Shown: positions 42,851-58,620 of the stretch, one piece after another | Layout of the letters: each line of letters begins with the position of its first letter | Numbering within the stretch: position 1 is the first letter of the stretch | Source: Camelus ferus | Lineage: Eukaryota | NCBI RefSeq assembly: GCF_009834535.1 | Contig: NC_045708.1 | Span: 3,782,001-3,846,000 of the forward strand | Direction of reading: 5' to 3' | DNA length: 64,000 nt | The notes under the pieces: model-generated | Told to the model about the DNA's origin: nothing | Seen by the model: only the letters and a program-made list of their open reading frames with translations | Database searches by the model: none | Made by a program: the position numbers and the translations under genes

Positions 42851-44153
42851 GGAGTGGCCCACAAGGGCCCAGCGATTTCCCTCCCCCTCACACTGAGGCC
42901 CTGCAAAGGCCAATTTGTTCATTCCTCGGGACCAGGGCTCCACTGCCGAACTTCTGGATCCATAGTTTCCCCATCTCTCTCACAAGCAGCAATAGGGGCC
43001 TACATGTTCAAGATACTGAAGCCAAGAGAACCCAGTAAAGGGAGATGGGTAGGTTTGAACCCAGGGACTCCCCTGGACGCCAGTCTTCCCATCCCTCACA
43101 GCTACTGGAGTCCATCCTCCTGAAGCCCAAGCCGGCACTGCCCTGGAGTCCTACCATAGGGCCTAGCCCATCCTGGGGCATGTGCCTCCTCTGAGCTCCT
43201 TGGGTCTCCTGCCACAGCCTGAATAATGAAAGGGGGTTGGCATTCTGGACCTCCAAATGTGCAGAATGGTGTTCTGCCCAGATGCATTCCACCTCCCATT
43301 GGTAGGGACCCAGAGAAGGCCAAGGGGCAGGAGTGAGGGGAATAAACTCCCATGCCTACCCTGGTGGGGAGAAGGGTCCTCAGAGCTTGAATTGTCCAGT
43401 CCAGCCTGGAAACTCAGGAATAGAAGTGGGGGAGGCCATTCTGACTGCCCTGCCCTGAGGCTGCCTGTAGCTTGCCCCCAGCTTCGGATGGGTCCTAGCG
43501 AGGCCAGCGGGCACCTGAGCCAGACTGCACCCTGGTGCAGGATTGCTCCCGGTCCTGAGCCCCCAGCCAGAAGGAGGCTGTCTGTGGCCCTGCGGGCGGG
43601 CTGCACGCTTTAATGGGACACATGTTGCTGCGTGGCCCCCGCGGGCCTGGCCTGCGCCCGGCTTTGAGTGGCCACAGGCAGAAAATCGCTGCATTGTCCC
43701 GACATTAGGGCGACTAATGCAGCGTTGCCAGCGAGGCCAGAGCGTGAAGCCCCCAGAAAGGCCTCGTTGGCGGGTGCTCCTGGCCTCCGTATCTTCATCA
43801 GGCCTGAGAAGGCCCGGTGCTCAGTCATAGTCATTATTGGGGCTTGCAGCCAGCTGGGCTCATGGACCTCCCCCACTGGGCCTGGTGGTGGGGCCCAGAA
43901 CCTAGGGAGACTGGATGGGGCAGGGCATGGAGGGGATGGGCATGGGAGGGACTCCCAGACTCAGGAAGTGATGGGGTGAGAGGGATAAAAGACAGACTGA
44001 GAAAGGGTACAACGGGTCCCTTGAGAGGGAGAAGGGGTCCTGGAGGCGAAGCCTGGGCTAAGGGAGGGTGTCAGCAGAGAGAGGTGAGGAACTTCCCTGT
44101 CTGTCCCCCTCCCATCCCCTCCCCCGTGGGGCTCCGCAAGTCCAGGAGTGCCT

Positions 44154-44182
44154 CATTGATATGTAAACGAGGGCCCTATAAA
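44154..44182 (+). promoter_or_regulatory. HES3: HES3 core promoter: SOX-OCT composite (44154-44168) next to a TATA box (44177-44182)
   Basis: CATTGATATGTAAAC followed by TATAAA, which sits 42 nt upstream of the ATG at 44219. Confidence 0.75.
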
Positions 44183-44218
44183 GGCAGCACCGCCTCTGGC
44201 TGGCTCAGTTACGACAAC

Positions 44219-45431
44219 ATGGGCACTGAGCTCGAGACCCAGGGCAGCTCTGGCGGCCCCGCTGGCAACTTCCGCAAGGTCTGGGGCCCCGAGGGATGCG
44301 GGGGTGGCGGTGGGGGGCAGAGGGCAAGAGGGCTGAGACCCAACTCTCTTACTGCCACTCATTCACAGATCTCCAAGCCGCTGATGGAGAAGAAGCGACG
44401 GGCGCGCATTAATGTGTCTCTGGAGCAACTCAAATCGTTGTTAGAGAAACACTATTCGCACCAGGTGAGACACGGGGATGTGGTGGAGGTAGGCGGTGAT
44501 ACGATCCCCAACCTCATCTCCTGGAACCTGGGCTGCTGTGCTATAAGCCTTTTCCACGGATCTGTAGATCCGGAAACGCAAGTTGGAGAAGGCAGATATA
44601 CTGGAGCTCAGCGTCAAGTACATGAAAAGCCTTCAGAACTCGGTGCAAGGTAGACCGGGGGTGCCTGGGGGTGGGGCGAGGAGCGAGTGTGTATGTATGT
44701 GTGGGAATTTGTGGGATCAGAGCCATGCATTCTACGAAGCCAGATGAAGGAGGGATGAATGGAGAGGAAAGCTCAGGGCAGTGGGCAACTAAGTGAAGAA
44801 GGGCCCCCGATCTCTCTAAGTGGAGAGGCAGCAAAGGCCTGGCTGGCTGTGAAGTTGTAATCGTGTGGGCGAAGGTCTGGACTCCGAGGGGATTTTCGAG
44901 TTGCCTCCCTTCCCTTTTCTTCCCTCCCCTCCGCTGCACACTTCTCCCCTCCCTTTTTCTCTCTCCTCTTTACATGTCTTCTTTCTTCCTCCTCTCCCCT
45001 GTTCTCCCCTCCTTTCCACATTTCTTTTGTCCGCTCCCCTCCCCCTAGGGCTCTGGCCGGTCCCCAGCGGAGCCGAGTACCCGTCGGGCTTCCGCGGCTG
45101 TCTGCCCGGCGTTAGCCAGCTTTTGCGGCGCGGAGAGGAGGGCGGCGGCGGCGGCGGCGGCCTGCGCTGCCCCCTGGTGCACGAGCGCGCGGGTGGCAGC
45201 ACCATGGACAGCGCCAGCTCCCGCCCTGAGGCGCCAGCCAGGCGAGGCCCCTGCGCCTCCGCGGTTTGGGTCCCTGTTCCCGCCGCCGGCGGCTCGCGGT
45301 CGCCGCCACCCCGGCTTCTCTTCTCTGGAGGTCTTCCCAGCCCGTCCACCAGCGTCCCAGCGCCGCAGTCGGCGTCTCGTCGCTTCGCCGACAGCCCGGG
45401 GCCGGGGCTGCGCTTGTGGCGGCCCTGGTGA
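44219..45431 (+). CDS. HES3: bHLH transcriptional repressor HES-3; long form 206 aa (short form from ATG 44384 is 181 aa)
   Basis: Exons 44219-44278 (MGTELETQGSSGGPAGNFRK), 44369-44464 (ISKPLMEKKRRARINVSLEQLKSLLEKHYSHQ), 44568-44649 (IRKRKLEKADILELSVKYMKSLQNSVQ), 45049-45431 (..GLRLWRPW*). All introns are GT-AG; total 621 nt. Confidence 0.95.
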
Positions 45432-47235
45432 GGCCTAGGCGCAGCCTGGGACTCAAGGGGGCCCTCGTCTGGCCTGGGAACGCAGAGACTGTTTTGAACG
45501 CCAGAACCCTAGTCATCGGCTCTGTTCCTGGGACGGGGTGGCCTGGAGCGTGCCGCGTATCCGCGAACTCGGGGAAATACACGAAGCCACAGTTGCACCG
45601 GGTTCTATTCGTCTAGACATAACCCACCCCCGCCCCAGCCCTACCCACTTAGGCTGGACCCACTTTCTCCTCCCAGCCTCTAGTGGGGCGGGGAGGGGGT
45701 GTCCCGGGCTGCGCTCCTTTCCCAGGGCCCCTGGAGGGCAGCCCGCCCCCGCCCCGCGGCCGCGGCGCGGTGGGAAGGTCGCCGTCGGCAGCGGCGCAGA
45801 CCGGACCCCTCGCAGCGAGGAGAATTACTGCCCCGCCCCAGCCCATTCAGCCGTCCTGGGACGCCCTGTTCCCACCGGCACAAAGCGCCCCAGGCCCCGC
45901 CCCGCCGGCGAGGGACCCCCAGCCCACCCCTCGGCTTCCACGGATCCCCACCCCCTCTGCACGCTGTGCGGCCCACCCGCTGGCGCGCGCTCCGAATCCA
46001 ACCCCTCTCTGAAACCCCCTCCCTAGCGCTGCTGCCCTGAGGCCAGCTCAGCGTTCCAGCCCCGCCCAGTGAGATGCTCCGCCCACCGCCCTGGCCGCCC
46101 GACGCCCCGCCCTGCGCGGCTCCTGGTGGGAAGCCCGCGAACCGTCTACCAGCTTGAGATTTGCTAGAGCAACCCCCAGCTCCTCTCAAGGGAGAGCTCA
46201 CTCCTTTCCCCTCGGAAAAGGCCCCCGGCCCGTAGCCCGGCCTCAGGCAGCCCGGTCCCTTCCCCGGCCCCGCAGTCTCCGCCTCCTGAACTTTGGGGTC
46301 CCCAGGGAGCCCACCACCCTTGACAGCTCTTGGTGCGCTCTGCGAGGGTTTATTCGTCAGAAAATGAGGTCATTGCTCGGAGTCTAACTTGAGGGTCTCG
46401 GAGTCTCGGCCTGCAAGGGGCAGCCTGGGGGTCGAGGACAGGAATCCTGCTCTGAGCCCACGAAGAGATCCCAGCACCTCCTCTTCCAGCTTGAAGTTAA
46501 GAATAAAGAGTGCGAACTTGTGAAATGGGTATAAAGATGCCACGAAAGTTCTCATTTCTCTCATAATGCCAGCTTAGGTAAATCTTTCTGAACTACAAAT
46601 ATCAACTTCATATGAAACATTTCTCGTTTTGGGCTGCCCCTACCTTGCCGTGTGCTAAACTCGTCCCAGTCGTACCCCGGGGAGAGGAAAGCCCTGCTCC
46701 CCTACCCAACCCAGCGGGCTCTACCACGCTGGGGAGCGGGTCCCCCCAGCGGAGGTCCCAGGTCTCAGCTTCCCGGCACTAATCCTCCTTCCGGCCACCA
46801 GGTGGCGACCTTGCAGCGCGGACCCAGGGCGCGCCCTCCAAATTTCAGCTCCAGTGGGTGGGCGGGTCACCCTGCACTACGGGTCCGCCACTCCCGCCGC
46901 GAGGCCCGGCTGCAACTGCTCTGCCCTTCTCACCTCCAGAATCAATCTCACAGGGGCTAGGGAACCCATAGGTCGTCTCCTTCCTCTAGGGCTGTAGAGC
47001 CCATCCCACCACCCCATCCTGCCAGTGCTCCAAGCCTGTCTCACACGCTGGGTGGGGTCGCAGGATTTGCGTAGAAAAGGGAGCAAATCAGACCCAAAGG
47101 AAGGGCGCATGGAGGAGTCATTCAGAACCCAGAAGGAGATATGTATGGGGGTAGCTGGACAGCGTGCTGTTAGGCTCTAGAGAGGTGTTTCCATGAAACT
47201 AGCCTGGGATTACCTGGTGCAAATCATAGGAAGTT

Positions 47236-47241
47236 TTTATT
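47236..47241 (-). terminator. GPR153: GPR153 poly(A) signal AATAAA (3'UTR about 2 kb)
   Basis: TTTATT on + at 47236-47241. Confidence 0.7.
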
Positions 47242-49239
47242 GGATTCTGTACAGAAGAGAAATGCTCAGTTGACAAAAAAACTACAAACGGATCCCTGGC
47301 TCTGGGCTGGGTGGTGGTATGAAGACAGAGCTCCCTCCCCCCATGAACCCAGGGTCAAGCTGCTTACCAAGACAGCAAACAGGCCTGGAGGCTGGACAAA
47401 GTGAGGGAGATCCAGGCTACAGGGTCCCCCACATGGAGTCCTCCCTCCTTTTTAATTCTGTAAAAACCAGGACTGGAGGGACTTCAGGGGACCAGGCCTC
47501 CCTGCAAGTATTGCCATTGGATATGAAATATACAGAGTGAAAACCCAAGGTGACATATTGGCCAGCCTGATGCAGGGGGGCAGTGGCTAACTGGTGACCT
47601 CTGCCCCCACGTGACATGTCGGTCCTTGAAGGCACAGCAGCATTGGCGAGATAGGCCTCCTACGGCTGAGGCTGGATTGGAGCCCTGCCTTACTCCCCTG
47701 TGGCCAGTTCATCCTCCGCAAGGTACCCCACAACCAGACTGAAGGGGACTCTGAAGCTGAGACAGAGCTGGGCAGCCCCCCCCCCCCATCCTCCCCACTC
47801 CCAGAGGCTTCTCTGGAGCTGGGAAACTGTCTGGAAGGTGAGGAGCCAGGCTTGGCCACCTGAGGCACAGAGGCAGTGCTGCAATTCCAGATTGCAGAGC
47901 AGGAGGGAAGAGGGTGTAGGCCAGCTCCTTGCCGACCCTGGAACCCATTCCAGGTCTCCATGTGTAGAGGCCACTGCATGGAGGCAGGAAACAGGATGAG
48001 ACAGTCGACAGCCTTTGCATTCACTCGTCCATCCAGCTCAAGGTCACAGCTGTTCCTGCGCTTCTCCTTAGCCTGAATCTAGGGTTTTCTCCATGGAAGA
48101 CCCAGCAGGCCCTCCCTAGGCCCATGGCCAAGCTCAGGCCTGCCAAAGGTCTGCCCAGGATGGAGAGCAACGAGGAGCCCTGCCCCAGGGTGGAGGAAGG
48201 TGCTCACCAGGTACTGGGCCCTAAACTCAGAATCTGAGAGGCCTCTAAGCCAAGATCCCTTCTGGCCAGACCTGTACAGGTTGGGGATGGGCACCAAGAA
48301 AAGGAAGCCCACTTCCCCTTTGCTTCAATCCTCTCCACCATGTACCCACGATCTTCATGGTGGGAGTCACAGAGGTGGCTGACATGGTGGGCATAGGCAA
48401 TGAAGGCAGTGATGAGGGTGGGGACACTAATAGTGGTCACGGTGGGTGTGGTGCCAACGGTGATGGTGCAGGAGTGTTGTGCTTTAGCTGGGGGTGGGGA
48501 GAGTTCCCAAGGGGGCCAGGGACACTAAGCGTGGGAGGCCTCAGGCTTGGGGGCCACACACTGAAGACTGGCCCCTACAAAGGACCCATGAAGAGCCCGA
48601 GACTCTCTCTCATTCCCTGTCCACGCAGTGGCTAGGGCACACAGACTAGGAGACTTGTTCAGTCCTGAGAGTTAACATGGTCACCTGCTCATCATGGATG
48701 GGTAAACCGAGGCAGAACAGGTCAGCCGGGAGACCTGCTCAGAGAACTTGGTTGGGGCTCTGAAGACCCCTGTGCTTAGAGACCCTACGTACCCCACCCC
48801 CTGAGGTGTGACAACTACAGTGCAGAGTGGAAAGGTGGGTGCAATCTGGTGGCTTCTGCAGGGCTGGGCTTTTGTTCCATCCAGTGGTAGCCCTGTCCCT
48901 GGGCTCCCCACACCCCACTCCCAGCCCAGCTGCCCCGTGCAGAGCCCGCCTTTCCCCAAGCCCCAGCCTCACTCTGCTCCGGAATGCCCTGCCCAGCGGC
49001 TGGTCCGTGCCCAGTGTGGTCGTCCAGGGCAGCTGTCGTCCCTCTAGGCAACGGCCACTTCCCAGGGCTGGCAGAGAGCCGTTGCCCTGTCGCCTTAGGA
49101 GGGCTGGCACGCCTGGGCGCCTTTGGCGGGCTCAGCGCAGCCTGCCCAGGGCACGGGCCGGGCCAGGGTGGCATCTTTGGTGCTTTGGCCCCGCGGGCGG
49201 TCCGGCCAGCCTGGCGATCTAGGGAGGAACAGGCAAGCC

Positions 49240-54180
<4,941 letters not shown>

Positions 54181-55849
54181 TTAAGCCAGGCCTCGGCTCA
54201 GAGCAGCAGCCCTCACACGTGGTAGCCCGGGGACACCAGGGACCACTTGGCATCTGCGGTGGGGGGAAGCCACAGAGCTCTCAGTGACTCTCCCCTGGCT
54301 GTGGCATTGGAGCTTTTGGGGCTCCCAGGAGTGGGAGACAGAGGGGGTCCCCCAGTTCACCATTACTTCCCTGGTCCTGGCTTGGGCTGGGCTGCTTTGC
54401 CCTCCTCTCCACTCTCTGGGACCTCTTGCCTACATCCCCAGCTCCCGAGGGACGTATACAGAGGTGCTCAATGAGCATACACTCCCTCACTTCCACCCAC
54501 TCCTGGTCAAGGTATGGCATCTAGGCTCCCTTCCAGGCCACCCACATCTTCAGCGAAGCAGCCAGGCTGGGCCTAGATAGGCACTGTGCCCTGTCCCAGA
54601 ACCAGCCCTCTCACCATCAAACCTCCCACACGCCCCTAAGGCCCACACAAGGCTCCGCCAGTGCACGCTGGGGCCCCTCACCTTACTTTATCCCACTTCA
54701 TCTGGAGAAATTTTGGAGCACATGCCTGGAGGATGAGCCCCCTAAACCTCCTCTGTGAAGAAGGGGTGATCTGATGGCTGCTTTCCTGCTCACCCTGGAA
54801 AGGGACAGCCTGCTTCACCCGGCTCAGCCCCCAGCAGGCCTCCCTGGCTGGGCACCCCGGACAGGCCCTGGTGCTACCCCCGGCTGGGCTTCACACTAAA
54901 CTCCAGCATCCTAGCCGTGTGGCCCAGAAAAGTCCCGGCATCCATGTCTTCCTCTGAAACAGGGACAATGGTGCCTCCTCCAGGGGAGGCTGGGGTGGAC
55001 AGATGCCACATCCTAAAGTCTGTGGCAGGCCAGGTCTCACACACAGTGGGTGCTCTGGATGCCTTGGGCAGTGTGGGACTGTAGATGGCCCAGAGACCAG
55101 AACTCACCCCCAGGACAGCCTGTGGCTATGAACCAGGGGCACAGGATGCTAGGCAGGAGGTGCATGTTGGGGGGCTGCTCTATCTGCCAGTGGGCCAGAC
55201 AGTGAGTCCTCCTTCCCAGCGAAGCACCTCCCTGTGCAGAGCACTGGCTGGTCCCTCTGATGGGAAGCCATCCACAGTAGGCCCTCTGGCCTCAGCCTGG
55301 AGCAGGCAGTGCAGAGAAGTATAAGGCTAAGTGCAGACCTGCTGTGTATCTGGCCTACACTGGCCCTTCTCACCCACCAGCCTGTTTCAACTCACTGGTT
55401 GCAATTCTCTTGCCCTCAACACACGGGCACATCTAGTGTACCACACACAGCCACTGATCCCCCAGGGGCCTGCTGCCAGGCACCCCTGCTTGTCTTGTCT
55501 AGAGTTCCTTTGGCCTGTGGCCTGACCCCCGTGGACACCAAAGGACCTCTGAGGATGTGTCTCTTCCATCTCTGTGCCCCTCCCGTGGGCCGGCCCAGAC
55601 CCCTAACCCAGAGGAAGAGTCTATTCTTTACCACACCAGTGCCCAAAAGGGCCTTTTAGGGAGGGTGGGGGACTTCTAGGGCCAGGGAACTTCCTTCCCA
55701 AACGTGGGTTTCTGCTTACAGAGTGGCTCCCCCTCCCAACCTCAGACCCACAGTGGGGGTGAGGTGGCCCCACTGGACCCTCCACCAGCCATTCCGGTGT
55801 CCAGCAAACCTCCTTGAGCTCAGCATGCAGAGACTACTGGTGTCGGAAA

Positions 55850-56010
55850 AAGAGCTGTTAGACTCCATCGCTAACCCCCAGCCAGTTACGTGACTCAGCG
55901 GGGCCTCAGTTTCCTCATCTGTAAGCGTGTGGGTAGCCAGTAAGTTATGCCAGGGGTAGTGCTTAGAATGGGGCCGGGCATACAGTAAGTGCTCAATAAA
56001 TGCCTGCCAC
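55850..56010 (+). mobile_element. MIR fragment
   Basis: GGGCCTCAGTTTCCTCATCTGTAAG...GTGCTTAGAATGGGGCCGGGCATACAGTAAGTGCTCAATAAATG. Confidence 0.7.
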
Positions 56011-56629
56011 ACAGATATCTGTTCTAAAGGCCTCCCTGCTCACCAAGCTAGGCTGTCTCTTAAGGGCCAAGACCCTCAGCTTGGAGGTGTGTGTGAGCCT
56101 CAGACCTGCAGGCAGATGCAGAGTCACCCCAACCAGAACCTGGGACAGCTCAGCTTTGAGGGTGAGGAGGCCACCACAGGGCTGCCTCTAGCCAGGTGGG
56201 GTGCCTGGCAGCCTACTAGGGGTCCAGGGCAGGCAGTGTGTGTGTGCTGCTGTGGGCCAGAGGCTGCAGACGCCAGTGATCTTTATCACATAGAAACTGG
56301 ATTCAGCATGCACCTGGGGGGACGGCTTCTGTTTCTTCCTGCCAGATTGGGAGGTCTTCCCTCAGATGCCCAAGCAGGCTGTCTGACACCTGTGACCCTG
56401 GGCCCAGTCCAGTCCACCCTGCCCACCTGTTGCTCACTGGTACAGCCACTGGCTCACCCTCTCATGGTGCCAGTTCTTCCCCAAGTCTAGCCGAAGTCTA
56501 GCCTAACATTGTCTCCCTGTATCTAAAGGCGCTAGGTCTGCAGAGAGGAGAATGTGCCCTACGGGTGGAGGCAGGAAGCATCCTCCTTCAAAGAGGCACA
56601 CTCCTCTCAGTTAGATCCCCAGTGGTCTT

Positions 56630-56760
56630 CTCTGAAGGACTGTCATCATTCCCATTTCAAAGATGGTTAAGCAGAGGTAAAACAATTTGCCAAAGCTATT
56701 GTGCACCTGAGCCAGGATCTGAACTCCGCTTACCTGACATCAAAATCCTGGCCTCTCAAA
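56630..56760 (-). mobile_element. MIR fragment
   Basis: CATTCCCATTTCAAAGATGG...CAGAGGTAAAACAATTTGCCAAAGCTA...GAGCCAGGATCTGAACTC. Confidence 0.6.
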
Positions 56761-57299
56761 CATAAAAATGCTTGGAAACTAGGCTTTTTGGTTTTTGGTT
56801 CCACAAGCTGAGGTTGTCTTTCTGAGCCTCCTACCCATGCAGGACAGGTCCTGCTGTTCCCACACTGTACATGGGGACACTGAGGTTCAGAGCCCAGAGG
56901 AACACCGGGAGGAGGTATGAGAGCTGGGTTGGTGGATTCATGAGCTGGTGGTCCCGGCATGGGGGAGGCATGTCACTGGTGGATAGCAAGTCTCCAAATG
57001 CAGAGTGAGGTGGGAACAAAGGGTCCTCCTTCCTCCAGGCTGGTGATCAGTGACCCACTGATCACACACCTGTTCATTCTTCACAGGGAGCAGGGTACAC
57101 CAGGGGCCAGAACCCGGGCAAGCAGGGTGTTGCCGCCCCCTGCTGGGAAGTTTTCCCCGAATCACACTCAAGGAGTCCCCGCAGCATTTCAGGCGGAACT
57201 TCCTCCTCCCCTTGGATCCCAGACACCCTCCCTTCCCTCCCTCTCCCCCCAGTACATGGCAGGGCAGGCTGCTGGTGTGACACGCCTGGAACCCACCGG

Positions 57300-58620
57300 A
57301 CCCAGAAGACTCCCTCCGCAGGGTCTGCGGGCGGGACTCAGGCGTGACGTCACGGCCCCGGGCCAATGAGGCCGCATGGCCCCAGGGCTCTATTGCGCAA
57401 CAAAGAGAACCCAGAACTTGAAAGGATTCCCGGGCTCTGGCTGCCGCCCCCAGGCTGCTCTCCGCCCGCGCTGCTGTCCATCGGTCCCGCAGGGCCCGGC
57501 TCGGCCGCCGCCCAGGGCGGAGCTCCCAGCGCGGAGTCTCCACATCCCCGCCACGCCCCCTGCCCGCCACGCCCGCCCCCCACCCCCGCGGTCCCGGTTC
57601 CTCCGTCCTCTAATCCTCCGCCAGACCCGGCGCGCCCCTGCCTACTGGTCCCACATAGTGGGGCCCCCAGACCTGCCCAGCCCCGAGGGCGCGTCCAAGC
57701 GACGGCCGGGAGCGGAAGCTGACGGGACTGCGGTCCCGGACGCCCCTCAAGTTACGCTGGGCAGGGGTGGGCCTGGGACCTCCAGACCCGCCATCCTCGC
57801 CTCCTGCAAGCAAAGTCCCTGGGGGCGGCGCTGTCAGGCCCAGAAGAAGGGGCCGACCGCGGGGAAGTTACCCGAAGGTCTCCAAGTTGGGGGGATACGC
57901 AACCCTAAGCGGTGCCCGCGGCCAAAGGACAGACCCTGTGACCGACCCACCGCGGACAGTAGCTCCCCGCCGAGTCCTCCCGCTCGGGGTCCCCTGCCCG
58001 GGGTCCTCCTGTCCGGCCGCCATCGGGCCAGGGCGGCGGCGCTCACCCTGCATTGGGGAGCCCGGGGCTCCAGCTCGCTGCTCCCGCCTCCGGCTCCGGC
58101 TGCAGCTCCCGCGCACCGGAGCCGAGCGCGGGCTGCCGGGGGCCGCGGGGGTGGCCGGCGGCGGAGCGGCCCGCGGGCCGGGGCATCCTGGTGGCGGGCG
58201 CCCGTGGCCGGCGCGTCCCTCTCGGCTCGGCTCGGCCCCGCAGGCCCTCCCTCGCGCCGCTGCCGCCGCGGCGCTCGGCTCCCGCCGCTCGGCTGGCTGC
58301 GCTCAGCGGCCGGGGGCGGGGGGCGGAGCAGGGCGCATGCCTCCGCGGGCGCCTCCGCACCGCCCCTCGGACCGCCCCGCCCCTGCCCCCACCCCTCGGA
58401 GGCGAGGCCCGCCGCGTCTGTCTGTCTGTCTGTCCTTGCGCCTGTCAGTCCGCTGTCTCTCTCGCACCCGCGTAGGCGATCCCTCCCTTCTCGCGCCGCC
58501 TAGCCGAAGCCCCCTGCGGGGGCAGCGCCTCCTTCCACGCATGGACTAGGCTTCCGTCTCGCTGCCGACTTGGGTCTGTCCACACTCCAGACGCCGCCGG
58601 CGAGCCTCCTGGGGAAGACC
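57300..58620 (-). promoter_or_regulatory. GPR153: GPR153 promoter CpG island with non-coding exon 1 (donor after 58047, CAGG|gtgagc); the 5'UTR part of exon 2 is 54253-54142
   Basis: CpG-dense. Strong minus-strand donor at 58046-58045 and acceptor ..CCCCACCGCAG at 54255-54254. Confidence 0.75.

Noticed and set aside
42212-43123. 303-aa plus-strand ORF upstream of HES3
   Set aside because: No domain similarity that I recognise; it lies in a CpG island, with no supporting splice or poly(A) structure.
57376-58503. 375-aa and 260-aa plus-strand ORFs in the GPR153 promoter
   Set aside because: CpG-island artefacts with no recognisable domain.
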